Below, in pieces: positions 19,539-28,889 of a stretch of DNA of 64,000 nt. How positions within the stretch are numbered: the first letter of the stretch is position 1; each line of letters starts with the position of its first letter. Position numbers and translations under genes: made by a program. The notes beneath the pieces were generated by a model. The model was not told the origin of the DNA, searched no databases, and worked only from the letters and a program-made list of their open reading frames with translations. Source of the stretch: Candidatus Avirikenella pullistercoris (GTDB taxonomy: Bacteria; Bacteroidota; Bacteroidia; Bacteroidales; Rikenellaceae); NCBI GenBank assembly GCA_018710935.1, contig DVIX01000001.1, positions 1,406 to 65,405 on the forward strand, in the 5' to 3' direction.

Positions 19539-20549
19539 ATGAAAAAGAATCTTTTGATTTTGGCTTCGGCTCTTTTTGCCGTAGCGTGCTCATCGACCCC
19601 GAAAGGTTATGAGATAAAAGGGAATATCCAGAACTTGAACGGGAAAGTTTATCTGGGTGTTTATGAGGGCAAACAGTTGGTTCGTATCGACTCTACCGAC
19701 GCTGCCAATGGTGTTTTCACTTTTAAGGGCAATCTTGAATTACCGATGTTGGCTTCAATCGAATCAGCCGGTGAAGATGGCGTTTTAAATACTTTTTTCC
19801 TTGAAAACTCTCCTATTGTAGTCGAAGGAGATGCTTTCGATAAAAAAGGTATCGTTGTAAAAGGTTCTGTAACCGACGAAGGTTATCAGAAACTTTTGCC
19901 CAATATGAATTCAGTGGATTCGATGAAAGCATTTGTAACGAATAACCCGAATTCTGTAGCTGCTGCATATGTATTGTTCCGGAATTTGTCTTATCAGTTG
20001 CCTGCTGATGAATTGGATGCGATGATCGCTAACTTCCCTCAGGATATTCAGACTAAATCCGTTTATATCGAGAAATTGCGTGAAAGAATCGCTGCGATGA
20101 AAAATTCCGAAGTAGGCCAGCCTTATATGGAAATCGCCCTTCCCGATACTGCAGGTAATGTTGTTGCGCTTTCTTCCGTAGTAGGCGACGGTAAATACGT
20201 ATTGCTCGATTTCTGGGCTTCATGGTGCGGCCCTTGCCGTAGGGAAAATCCGCATGTAGTAGCGGCTTATCATCAATTCAAAGATAAAGGTTTTACCGTA
20301 TTCGGTGTTTCTTTGGACAAACCGACCGGGAAGGAAGATTGGAAAAAAGCGATCGTAAACGACGGTTTGGAATGGAATAATGTCAGCGACCTGCAATTCT
20401 GGGAATGCGCTCCTGCTAAACAATACGGTGTAGGTTCTATTCCTTCTAATTTCTTAATCGGCCCTGACGGTACTATCGTTGCTAAAAACCTTAGAGGCGA
20501 TGCTTTGACCGCTAAATTGACCGAACTTTTAGGTCAACCTAAAAAATAA
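19539..20549 (+). CDS. TlpA-family periplasmic thiol-disulfide oxidoreductase lipoprotein
   Basis: Lipoprotein signal (LFAVAC/SS), an N-terminal beta-rich domain, and a C-terminal thioredoxin fold with FWASWCGPCRRENP. Confidence 0.85.
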   Translation: MKKNLLILASALFAVACSSTPKGYEIKGNIQNLNGKVYLGVYEGKQLVRIDSTDAANGVFTFKGNLELPMLASIESAGEDGVLNTFFLENSPIVVEGDAFDKKGIVVKGSVTDEGYQKLLPNMNSVDSMKAFVTNNPNSVAAAYVLFRNLSYQLPADELDAMIANFPQDIQTKSVYIEKLRERIAAMKNSEVGQPYMEIALPDTAGNVVALSSVVGDGKYVLLDFWASWCGPCRRENPHVVAAYHQFKDKGFTVFGVSLDKPTGKEDWKKAIVNDGLEWNNVSDLQFWECAPAKQYGVGSIPSNFLIGPDGTIVAKNLRGDALTAKLTELLGQPKK

Positions 20550-20578
20550 TTCATCCCGGATGAAATAAATAATATTTC

Positions 20579-20621
20579 AAAGAGCGTTTTTTCCGGAAAA
20601 GGGAAAACGCTCTTTGTTTTT
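20579..20621 (+). terminator. Intrinsic terminator after the TlpA-like gene
   Basis: Perfect 12-bp stem: AAAGAGCGTTTT (20579-20590) pairs with AAAACGCTCTTT (20604-20615), followed by GTTTTT. Confidence 0.75.
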
Positions 20622-20632
20622 ATCCCCGTTGC

Positions 20633-21127
20633 ATGGTAAAAAAGAAAATCATAGCGATTATAGATGCCTTCTATTTCCCTTTTTTCCGCCGGTTTATCCC
20701 GTTGCAGACGTTCCGTTATGCTATTTGCGGAGGAGCGAATATGGGGTTCGATATCGTACTCTATTTTTTGCTGTATAATTTTGTTTTACAGAAACAGAAT
20801 TTAGATTTGTCTTTTGTGGTTATCTCTCCGGAGATAGCTGCCTTTTTAATTACTTTTCCGGTTACTTTTTTTACCGGTTTGTGGCTTTCTAAGAATATTT
20901 CTTTTCAAAATTCCGTATTAGCTCACAGGACACAAGCTTTTCGTTATTTTTTAGTCGTATTGATGAATATTGCGATTAAATATTGGGGATTGAAACTATG
21001 TGTCGAGGTACTCCGTATTTTCCCTTCTGTTTCCAATGCGATAATGACTGTCATAACGATAATTTTCAGTTATTTGATGCAGAATCATTTTACGTTCAAG
21101 GGGAATAAACCGGACATTGAGAAATAG
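20633..21127 (+). CDS. GtrA-family membrane protein
   Basis: 164 aa with 4 predicted TM helices. N-terminal F.RF..vG..n...d motif (FRYAICGGANMGFDIVLY) and C-terminal ...NHFTFKG are typical of GtrA-like proteins. Confidence 0.72.
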   Translation: MVKKKIIAIIDAFYFPFFRRFIPLQTFRYAICGGANMGFDIVLYFLLYNFVLQKQNLDLSFVVISPEIAAFLITFPVTFFTGLWLSKNISFQNSVLAHRTQAFRYFLVVLMNIAIKYWGLKLCVEVLRIFPSVSNAIMTVITIIFSYLMQNHFTFKGNKPDIEK

Positions 21128-21336
21128 TCTATTTTGCAGGTACCGCTTTTATTTTCATTCCGTTCCGTTTCTTCGGGAACTTCTGTGAAAATTTTTTTGA
21201 AAAAGATCGACCTTTTTTGATAAGTTTCGTTCAAGGGATGTTGAATACCTTTGGTCGAATTGTGTCGTTTCTTTGCCCTGAAAAAGGCGTTTTTAGGGAT
21301 ATTATTTTCGGTGAAAGTTCTATACCGACAGGTTAT

Positions 21337-21369
21337 AAAAAAATTCCCCGGTATATTATACCGGGGAAT
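21337..21369 (-). terminator. Intrinsic terminator of rpsA
   Basis: 13-bp perfect inverted repeat: ATTCCCCGGTATA (21343-21355) pairs with TATACCGGGGAAT (21357-21369). On the plus strand it is preceded by A7, which becomes the U-tract on the minus strand. It lies 20 nt past the rpsA stop. Confidence 0.75.
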
Positions 21370-21389
21370 CGTTGGTATTTAATGGTTCG

Positions 21390-23213
21390 TTATTCCGCTT
21401 TGTTGTTTTCTTCCAACTGAGCCTTCAATTCAGCCAAACCGGAAATATCGCCGAGGGTTGTTTTTTCCATAGACGAGTTCAATTTCTTAACGGCTTTCTG
21501 AGTAGATTGCTGTTCTTTGGAACCTTTCTTGTCGTCGGCTTCGTTGTTTTCGTTCTGTGCAGGACGCGGAGCGTTAGACAAGGTAATCCGTTTGGTAGCT
21601 TTTACGAATTCGATTACTCTTAGAGTAAATGTTTCGCCTGCAGTGCCCGGAGTACCGTCTTCTTTCACAAGTTGTTTGGTAGGAACGAATCCTTCTACGC
21701 CTTGTTCGAGAGTTACTACATAACCTTTATCGGTTACTTCTGCAATAGTACCCTGGTGTTCGGTATCGACAGCGAACAATGTTTCGAATGAATCCCATGG
21801 ATTTTCTTCCAGTTGTTTGTGTCCGAGGCTTAAACGGCGGTTTTCTTTGTCTATTTCAAGAACTACCACATCGATATCGGCACCTTTCTGAGTAAATTCA
21901 GACGGGTGTTTGATTTTTTTCGTCCAGCTTAAATCGGAAATGTGGATTAAACCGTCGACTCCTTCTTCGATTTCTACGAATACACCGAAGTTGGTGAAGT
22001 TACGCACTTTTGCAGTGTGTTTGGTACCTACGGCATATTTTTCTTCGATGTTTTCCCAAGGATCTTTAGTCAGTTGTTTGATACCGAGCGACATCTTTCT
22101 TTCTTCACGGTCGAGCGTAAGGATTACGGCTTCGATTTCGTCTCCTACTTTCATAAATTCCTGTGCGGAACGGAGATGTTGCGACCAAGACATTTCGCTA
22201 ACGTGAATCAAGCCTTCTACTCCCGGAGCGATTTCGATAAATGCACCGTAATCGGCCATAACGACTACTTTCCCTTTTACTTTATCGCCTACTTTCAGGT
22301 TTGCATCGAGCGCATCCCATGGGTGCGGAGTAAGCTGTTTCAAACCTAATGCGATGCGTTTCTTAGCATCGTCGAAATCGAGGATTACAACGTTCAGTTT
22401 CTGGTCGAGGTGAACGATCTCTTCCGGATGGTTGACACGTCCCCAAGAAAGGTCGGTAATGTGAATCAAGCCGTCAACACCGCCCAAGTCGATAAATACG
22501 CCGTAAGAGGTGATGTTTTTAACGGTTCCTTCCAATACTTGTCCTTTTTCCAGTTTGGAAATAATGTCTTTTTTCTGTTGTTCGAGTTCAGCCTCGATAA
22601 GCGCTTTGTGGGAAACAACTACGTTACGGAATTCCTGGTTGATTTTAACCACTTTGAATTCCATTGTTTTTCCTACATAGATATCGTAGTCACGAATAGG
22701 TTTCACATCGATTTGAGAACCCGGCAAGAAAGCTTCGATACCGAATACATCTACGATCATACCGCCTTTTGTACGGCATTTGATGTAACCTTTGATGATT
22801 TCGTCTTTGTCGAGCGCTTCGTTTACACGATCCCAAGAACGTAACTGGCGTGCTTTTTTATGGGAAAGAAGTAATTGGCCTTTTTTGTCTTCTGCGCTTT
22901 CGACATATACTTCTACTTTGTCGCCTACGGCAAGTTCCGGATTGTAACGGAATTCGCTTACGGGGATTACCCCTTCCGATTTGTAGCCGATGTTAACAAC
23001 TACTTCTCTTTTGTTAACACTGATTACAGTCCCTTCGAGTACTTCGCCTACCTGAATATTGGATAAGGTTTGGTCGTACTTGGAAGTAATGTTTTCTTTC
23101 GATTCGCCGTAAAGGGCAAGGTCGTTCTCAAATGCGTTCCAATCGAACGATTCGTTGTCCGGAGAAGCATTTACAGGTGTTAAAACCTTTTCGTTTTCAT
23201 TTGTTGCTGTCAT
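21390..23213 (-). CDS. rpsA: 30S ribosomal protein S1
   Basis: 607 aa with six tandem S1/OB repeats (recurrent G.V..I...G.FV.L..G.eGLIH.S.). Acidic/basic C-terminal extension. Confidence 0.95.
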   Translation of the reverse strand: MTATNENEKVLTPVNASPDNESFDWNAFENDLALYGESKENITSKYDQTLSNIQVGEVLEGTVISVNKREVVVNIGYKSEGVIPVSEFRYNPELAVGDKVEVYVESAEDKKGQLLLSHKKARQLRSWDRVNEALDKDEIIKGYIKCRTKGGMIVDVFGIEAFLPGSQIDVKPIRDYDIYVGKTMEFKVVKINQEFRNVVVSHKALIEAELEQQKKDIISKLEKGQVLEGTVKNITSYGVFIDLGGVDGLIHITDLSWGRVNHPEEIVHLDQKLNVVILDFDDAKKRIALGLKQLTPHPWDALDANLKVGDKVKGKVVVMADYGAFIEIAPGVEGLIHVSEMSWSQHLRSAQEFMKVGDEIEAVILTLDREERKMSLGIKQLTKDPWENIEEKYAVGTKHTAKVRNFTNFGVFVEIEEGVDGLIHISDLSWTKKIKHPSEFTQKGADIDVVVLEIDKENRRLSLGHKQLEENPWDSFETLFAVDTEHQGTIAEVTDKGYVVTLEQGVEGFVPTKQLVKEDGTPGTAGETFTLRVIEFVKATKRITLSNAPRPAQNENNEADDKKGSKEQQSTQKAVKKLNSSMEKTTLGDISGLAELKAQLEENNKAE

Positions 23214-23282
23214 ACTGAATAATTGATGTTTTACAACTAAGTGTTAGACATTATGTATAGTCCCAAATAAACTTTGGGCGTG

Positions 23283-23290
23283 CAAATATA
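23283..23290 (-). promoter_or_regulatory. Bacteroidota -7 promoter motif (TAnnTTTG) for rpsA
   Basis: The minus strand reads TATATTTG, about 70 nt upstream of the rpsA ATG (23213). Confidence 0.4.
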
Positions 23291-23584
23291 GAAATAAAAA
23301 GTTAGAAATCAATATTTTTCGCCTTTATAATCGTTCTTTTTCAAAAATATTCGGGAAAAATGGATAAATCCGGGAAAATAAATAGACGATTCCGGAAAAA
23401 ACAACCAAATAATAAACGGGATAAAACGAGTATTTGCCGGAAAATGATTATCTTTAGAAAATTCTTACCGGCAGGGAAAAAGAGTTTTATCCTTTTCGGG
23501 GAACAAGGCGGGAAGATAGGAAAAGGCGGTTGCGGATTTCCGGATAAGACCGTCGAAATTGTGATATTAAACAGAGAATGAAGA

Positions 23585-25249
23585 ATGGAAAGATTGATTA
23601 AAATAAGATGCGAGAATAATAATTCGGAGTTGTATGTGAAGCCGGGTACCTCTTTGCTCGACTTACTCGATATTGTGCATATTAAAAATAAATACAGGTT
23701 TATAGCGGCTTATGTAAATAACAAGTCGAAAGATCTGAATTACCTGATATACGAACATCTGAGCGTTAAATTTATCGATGCTACCCATTTCGAAGGGGCG
23801 CGGGTATATCACCGCTCCCTGTTTTTCGTGTTGTATAAGGCGGTTTACGACCTTTACCCCGAATGTGTATTGAAAATAAAACATTCGGTCGCACGCGGAT
23901 TTTATTTCGAAGTGGAAGGATTGAAAATGACGGCGGATGCTCCTGCCGAAATTAAAGAACGGATGGATGAAATCGTCCGTCAGGACGTGCCTATCTTGCG
24001 TGATGTCTATTACCTGGATGAAGCGAAAGAGATATACCGGCAAAGCGGTTTCAACGATAAACTCAGACTGCTCGATACCCGTCAGCATTTGTATGTGACA
24101 ATCAATCAGATGGCGAATGTTTACGGCTATTTTTACGGGACATTGGCACCTTCTACCGGATATGTGGATGTGTTCGATATACGCCGTTTTTATGACGGGT
24201 TCTGTTTATGTGTCCCGAAACGGAATAACCCGCTGGAGTTGGAAGAGGTCGGGGAAAGGGATAAGTTGTTCGATGTCTTTAAACTGCATAAAGAGTGGAT
24301 CGAAATTTTGGATGTATCCGATATAGGCAGCCTGAATACTATGATATTGCGCCGGCAAACCGGTGATTTGATTAAAATAGGGGAAGCGTTTCAGGAAAAA
24401 ATGTTCGCACAACTTGCGGATATTATTTATGAAAAAAACGGTGAAGGAGTAAAAGTGATTCTGATTTCCGGGCCTTCATCGAGCGGGAAAACGACTTTCA
24501 GTAAGCGTCTTAATATCCAGTTGCGGGTATTTGGCTTGAAACCGGTAATTCTCTCTATGGATAATTATTTTGTGAATCGTGAAGATACACCTTTGGATGA
24601 AAAGGGAAAACATGATTACGAATCGGTAGATGCTTTGGACAGAGAGCTGTTCAATGCCAATCTGAATGCTTTGATACGGGGAGAAGAGGTAGAGATTCCG
24701 AAATTCGATTTCCATGACGGAAAACGATATATGGACGGGACGAAACTTCGGCTTTCGGAGAAGTCGGTGATTATTATCGAAGGAATTCATGCGTTGAATC
24801 CTATCCTTACGTCGGATGTTCCCGATAAGAATAAGTTTAAGATTTATGTATCGGCGCTTACCAGTCTTTCAATGGACCATCTGTCCCGTATCAGTACTAC
24901 GGATAACCGTTTGTTGCGCCGTATTGTGAGGGATTCCAAATACAGAAACCATACGGCTTTGCAGACTTTGCAACGGTGGGGCAGTGTCCGCCGGGGAGAA
25001 GAGAAAAATGTTTTCCCGTTTCAGGATGAGGCCGACTATATGTTCAATTCCGCCCTGTTTTATGAAATAAGCGTATTGAAACGGTATGCCGAACCGTTGT
25101 TGCTGGAAGTACCCGATACGGCGGAAGAGTACAGCGAAGCCAAAAGATTGCTTTCCATGCTCGACTTTTTCTTGCCGATAGACGATGCGGAAATACCGCC
25201 TACCTCGATGATACGGGAGTTTATCGGACACAGCAGTTTTGATTATTGA
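23585..25249 (+). CDS. Nucleoside (uridine/cytidine-type) kinase with N-terminal TGS-like and ThrRS-like domains
   Basis: The N-terminus resembles the ThrRS TGS beta-grasp (IKIRC..N....YVKPGTSLLDLL). The C-terminal half carries the P-loop ISGPSSSGKTTFSKRL and a uridine-kinase-like fold (IIIEGIHALNP). Confidence 0.78.
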   Translation: MERLIKIRCENNNSELYVKPGTSLLDLLDIVHIKNKYRFIAAYVNNKSKDLNYLIYEHLSVKFIDATHFEGARVYHRSLFFVLYKAVYDLYPECVLKIKHSVARGFYFEVEGLKMTADAPAEIKERMDEIVRQDVPILRDVYYLDEAKEIYRQSGFNDKLRLLDTRQHLYVTINQMANVYGYFYGTLAPSTGYVDVFDIRRFYDGFCLCVPKRNNPLELEEVGERDKLFDVFKLHKEWIEILDVSDIGSLNTMILRRQTGDLIKIGEAFQEKMFAQLADIIYEKNGEGVKVILISGPSSSGKTTFSKRLNIQLRVFGLKPVILSMDNYFVNREDTPLDEKGKHDYESVDALDRELFNANLNALIRGEEVEIPKFDFHDGKRYMDGTKLRLSEKSVIIIEGIHALNPILTSDVPDKNKFKIYVSALTSLSMDHLSRISTTDNRLLRRIVRDSKYRNHTALQTLQRWGSVRRGEEKNVFPFQDEADYMFNSALFYEISVLKRYAEPLLLEVPDTAEEYSEAKRLLSMLDFFLPIDDAEIPPTSMIREFIGHSSFDY

Positions 25250-25400
25250 TGCAGAAAAATTTTCGACGGGACAGGTAGAGAAGCGGCGGAAAGTATGGAA
25301 AAGGTTTTCGGGATAAAAAACGGCGTGTCGTAAAGACAGAAAAGAGAATGAGGAATCGGGAATAGATAAATAAGTACCTATTTTTTAATTATAGAAGATT

Positions 25401-26273
25401 ATGATACGTTATTGCAGATTTATTTTGATTTCGATTGTTTGTTTATTGTCGGGAACCTTTCTGTATGCGCAATCTTCCGATACGGTTTTCGTATTCGATA
25501 CACCTGTTATTATAGAGGAAGAACCGAATTTCGATTCCGATAAGACATTTATGGACACAAAGGCATTTCTCTATTTTACAGGAAACAGAAATGGAAGAGA
25601 GATTCCTAAGAAACCCCGTTTTCTGATATTGGGGAGCCATTGGTCGGGTATTTCGTTCGGTTATACGGGGTTGATTTCCGGATTGGGAAATTTTTCTTTG
25701 CCGGGAAATGCCGGGTATTTGCGGCAAATGGCTAATTCTCCGAATTTCAATCTGAATTTGATAGGCCTTGAACTGGTATCGACTCGTCCTTTTGCTTTAG
25801 TGACGGGTATAGGTATGGAATTCAGCAATATTCGTTTTCGGGATGAGATTACCTTGGTACGTAATGCCGGAGGGAATACCGTGGCGGATGATTCTTATAA
25901 ACGCCCGGGAGTGAAGGTAAAAAAATCCAAACTATCGTTGAACTATTTTAATATCCCTTTATTGGCAGAATTCCGGATCAATAAATATCATGACAGTTCC
26001 AGAGCCTTTTACCTGTATGGAGGCGTATTGGGCGGATGGGGATATAATACCCATACTAAAATTAAATACAGTGAAAACGGGAAAATGCATAAAGAGAAAA
26101 ACAACGACCTCAATATTCCGAATTTCCGTTGGGGATATACGGTGGGAATCGGATTCTCCCATTTCGGAATCTATGCCACTTATTATCCTAAATCATTGTT
26201 TAAGGCGGACAGAGGGCCCGATGTGAAGCAGTTCAATATGGGGGTCTCTTTCAATATTGCCAATATCCGTTAA
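25401..26273 (+). CDS. Outer-membrane beta-barrel protein (OMP_b-brl_2-like)
   Basis: Signal peptide (LLSGTFLYA/QS). Alternating aromatic/hydrophobic beta-strand patterns (YLYGGVLGGWGY, WGYTVGIGFSHFGIYATYY) and a C-terminal GVSFNI. Confidence 0.55.
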   Translation: MIRYCRFILISIVCLLSGTFLYAQSSDTVFVFDTPVIIEEEPNFDSDKTFMDTKAFLYFTGNRNGREIPKKPRFLILGSHWSGISFGYTGLISGLGNFSLPGNAGYLRQMANSPNFNLNLIGLELVSTRPFALVTGIGMEFSNIRFRDEITLVRNAGGNTVADDSYKRPGVKVKKSKLSLNYFNIPLLAEFRINKYHDSSRAFYLYGGVLGGWGYNTHTKIKYSENGKMHKEKNNDLNIPNFRWGYTVGIGFSHFGIYATYYPKSLFKADRGPDVKQFNMGVSFNIANIR

Positions 26274-27133
26274 AAAAAGACGACGGGTTTCCCGGTTATT
26301 TTGCTTAGCAGATCGTTGGCTAAACGGCTGGCTCCGATTCTGAAAAGTTCCGGGGTAAGCCATGTTTCGCCCAATATCTCTTTTACGATGGTGTAATAAT
26401 GTACGGCTTGTTCGGCAGTTGTGATGCCGCCTGCCAACTTGATGCCTTTTTTCATTCCGGTCGCTTCGTAAAAGTCGCGGATAGCATGACACATTATAAC
26501 GGCTGCTTCCGGAGTGGCGGATACCGGTGTCTTGCCGGTAGAACTTTTTACGAAATCGGCTCCTGCTTCCATGGCCAATAACGATGCGGTACGGATGAAC
26601 GAAGGGTTTTTTATCTCTCCGCTTTCGATGATGATTTTTAATAACGCATCCCCCGAAATTTCTTCTTTTATGATTTCAATTTCGCTTTTTACCTCTTCGT
26701 AATTGCCTGTCAAAAACTCTCCTAGGTCGAAAACCATGTCCACTTCATCGGCTCCGTTTTCTACCGCCATGGAACACTCCAGCATTTTTACCTCCAGATA
26801 GGTCTGGGACAGAGGAAATCCTCCGACCGTCGAGGCGATGCCGATCGTTTCGTTATTTCCTAAAGTTACGCCTACGGTTTCTATGAATAACGGCGATACG
26901 CAGATAGCGGCTACGGAAGGAACGCCGTAATGTTCCGGCATTTCGACCGCTTTTTGCGTCAATGCTTCTATCCGGGCATGGTTATCGGTTATATTGAGGG
27001 AAGTGAGATCCAGAAAAGAGAGGCATTTTTTATATACGTCGGGAGTGTCGTTTTCCTGATAACGGGTATCGAATGTTTTAAGTTCGGATAAAACATCCGA
27101 TTCTTTTATTTCTTTGAGTAAGCCGGAAATCAT
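26270..27133 (-). CDS. deoC: Deoxyribose-phosphate aldolase
   Basis: TIM-barrel DeoC blocks: VAAICVSP, GFPLSQ, GADEVDMV, and the Schiff-base lysine region DFVKSSTGK. Confidence 0.88.
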   Translation of the reverse strand: MISGLLKEIKESDVLSELKTFDTRYQENDTPDVYKKCLSFLDLTSLNITDNHARIEALTQKAVEMPEHYGVPSVAAICVSPLFIETVGVTLGNNETIGIASTVGGFPLSQTYLEVKMLECSMAVENGADEVDMVFDLGEFLTGNYEEVKSEIEIIKEEISGDALLKIIIESGEIKNPSFIRTASLLAMEAGADFVKSSTGKTPVSATPEAAVIMCHAIRDFYEATGMKKGIKLAGGITTAEQAVHYYTIVKEILGETWLTPELFRIGASRLANDLLSKITGKPVVFF

Positions 27134-27300
27134 AAAGTTCTGTTTTTCTCAAAAGCAAAAGTAATATATTTTTTGAATCGGCAGCCTATAAATCGGAATT
27201 GCATGAAAAAGAGAAAGGGAAAAAGCCGGTTTCTTTCTTTTCGGCAGCTTTCCGATAATTCTTTACTTTAAAAAAATAGTGCGCTTTCTTAGAAAGATGT

Positions 27301-27308
27301 TATATTTG
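27301..27308 (+). promoter_or_regulatory. Bacteroidota -7 promoter motif (TAnnTTTG) ahead of the SGNH/MBOAT cluster
   Basis: TATATTTG lies 23 nt upstream of the TTG start at 27331 and 62 nt upstream of the alternative ATG at 27370. Confidence 0.4.
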
Positions 27309-27330
27309 TCAGTTATTCATTTTAAGGAAT

Positions 27331-28833
27331 TTGAAAGGTTACCGAAACTATATTGCCTATGCGTTTATCATGACTGTAAGTGTAATCGGCTTACTGATCG
27401 TGATACGTATTTTCCCAGCTTTTTCCGTTGCCGGCATGAAACTGAAACGGGCGGATATTATTTCGGATGTACTGAAAGAAAATCCGTTTCCAGAAGACAA
27501 TAATATACCGGTTATCCCTTTGAATGAAGGGATGAACGATTCGTTATTGATGGCGGATATGGAGATAGAGAATGAGCTGCAGCAGGACAGTTCCGAAAAG
27601 GAAATTCCTATTTTCGAAGAGGAGAGGGAAGCTGTTTTCGCTTCGGACGAAGAAGGGCCGGTATTACGCATAGAGGATTATTCGGAAGACGGGAAAGCAT
27701 TGATGAAATTCGCAGATGCTTTGAAGGGAAAAGGGCAGAATCCGGTCAGAATTGCCGTTATGGGGGACTCTTTTATGGAAGGGGATATTTTATCTGCGGA
27801 TTTGCGGGAATATTTGCAGGGGGCATTGGGAGGAAAAGGTGTGGGTTTCGTTCCGGTAACCTCTATCGTATCCAGATTGCGGCAAACGGTGAAACATGAT
27901 TTCGAGGGATGGAATACCTATTCGATCAAACAGGCGAACAATGACAGTATCGATAATAAATTCACGATTGGAGGATATGTGTATGTCCCTGAAAGCGACG
28001 ATGCAACTGTAAAATACAAAGTGTCCGGAGCTAAAAAACATTTGAAAGGCGTTTCTAAGGCATCTTTCTTTTTTATAAACGGCGGAAATACGATAGTCCA
28101 TGCAGTAGTCAACGATTCTTCCCTTTTGACGTTCCGTCCGGAAACTTCACCGGAATTGCAACGAATCGTTATCGACGGACAGGGAGTGATCGAGTCGCTC
28201 TCTTTCAGCTTTGAGAATACGGAAGGTTTTTATGCTTATGGAGTGATGTTGGACGGAAAAGACGGAGTATCGGTCGATAATTATGCGGATAGGGGAAGTT
28301 CGGGATTACAGTTTTACAAGCTGAAACAGCCGATTAACAACCAATATAATAAGTATGCCGATTATAATCTGATTATTCTGGAATATGGATTGAACATCGT
28401 ATCTCAGGGTATCTATACTTATGATGCGTATGAAAGGCAGATGGCGAATATCGTGGAAAAGATCAAACTCTATTATCCGGATGCAAGTATCGTTATTATG
28501 GGGGTGAGCGACCGGAGTTATAAAGAAAACGGAGAGTATCGTACCATGCCGGAAATCAAAGGGATGATTCGGGCGCAACGAAGGATTGCACAACGTTGTA
28601 AAGTGGCCTATTGGGATACGTTTTCTGCAATGGGAGGCGAAAACAGTATGGTGCGTTTCGTTGAAAAACGGTGGGCTGCCAAGGATTATACGCATATCTC
28701 TTCCGCAGGGGCACGGGTAATTGCGAAAGAACTCGCCCGGACACTGCTTTATGAAACGGAAATACTTTCTCTATTTACCTCTGAAGAAGAGGGAATGTTG
28801 ATGGGGGATAGCGTAGTGCAACGGGAATTTTAA
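27331..28833 (+). CDS. Membrane-anchored SGNH/GDSL-family hydrolase or acyltransferase (AlgJ/AlgX/PatB-like role inferred)
   Basis: N-terminal TM anchor. SGNH block I is AVMGDSFMEGD and block V is DYTHIS (DxxH). The track start is TTG at 27331; an ATG at 27370 is an alternative. Confidence 0.62.
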   Translation: MKGYRNYIAYAFIMTVSVIGLLIVIRIFPAFSVAGMKLKRADIISDVLKENPFPEDNNIPVIPLNEGMNDSLLMADMEIENELQQDSSEKEIPIFEEEREAVFASDEEGPVLRIEDYSEDGKALMKFADALKGKGQNPVRIAVMGDSFMEGDILSADLREYLQGALGGKGVGFVPVTSIVSRLRQTVKHDFEGWNTYSIKQANNDSIDNKFTIGGYVYVPESDDATVKYKVSGAKKHLKGVSKASFFFINGGNTIVHAVVNDSSLLTFRPETSPELQRIVIDGQGVIESLSFSFENTEGFYAYGVMLDGKDGVSVDNYADRGSSGLQFYKLKQPINNQYNKYADYNLIILEYGLNIVSQGIYTYDAYERQMANIVEKIKLYYPDASIVIMGVSDRSYKENGEYRTMPEIKGMIRAQRRIAQRCKVAYWDTFSAMGGENSMVRFVEKRWAAKDYTHISSAGARVIAKELARTLLYETEILSLFTSEEEGMLMGDSVVQREF

Positions 28834-28889
28834 GGTATTTCCCGATATTATCATAACTTTGTAAGTCGAATGTTTGTCCTGCTGAATGA

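Noticed and set aside
23360-23581. 73-aa Lys/Arg-rich ORF in the rpsA / nucleoside-kinase intergenic region
   Set aside because: It is a low-complexity, purine-rich translation (KKQPNNKRDK...). The region is better explained as divergent promoter and 5' UTR space. I saw no supporting signal.
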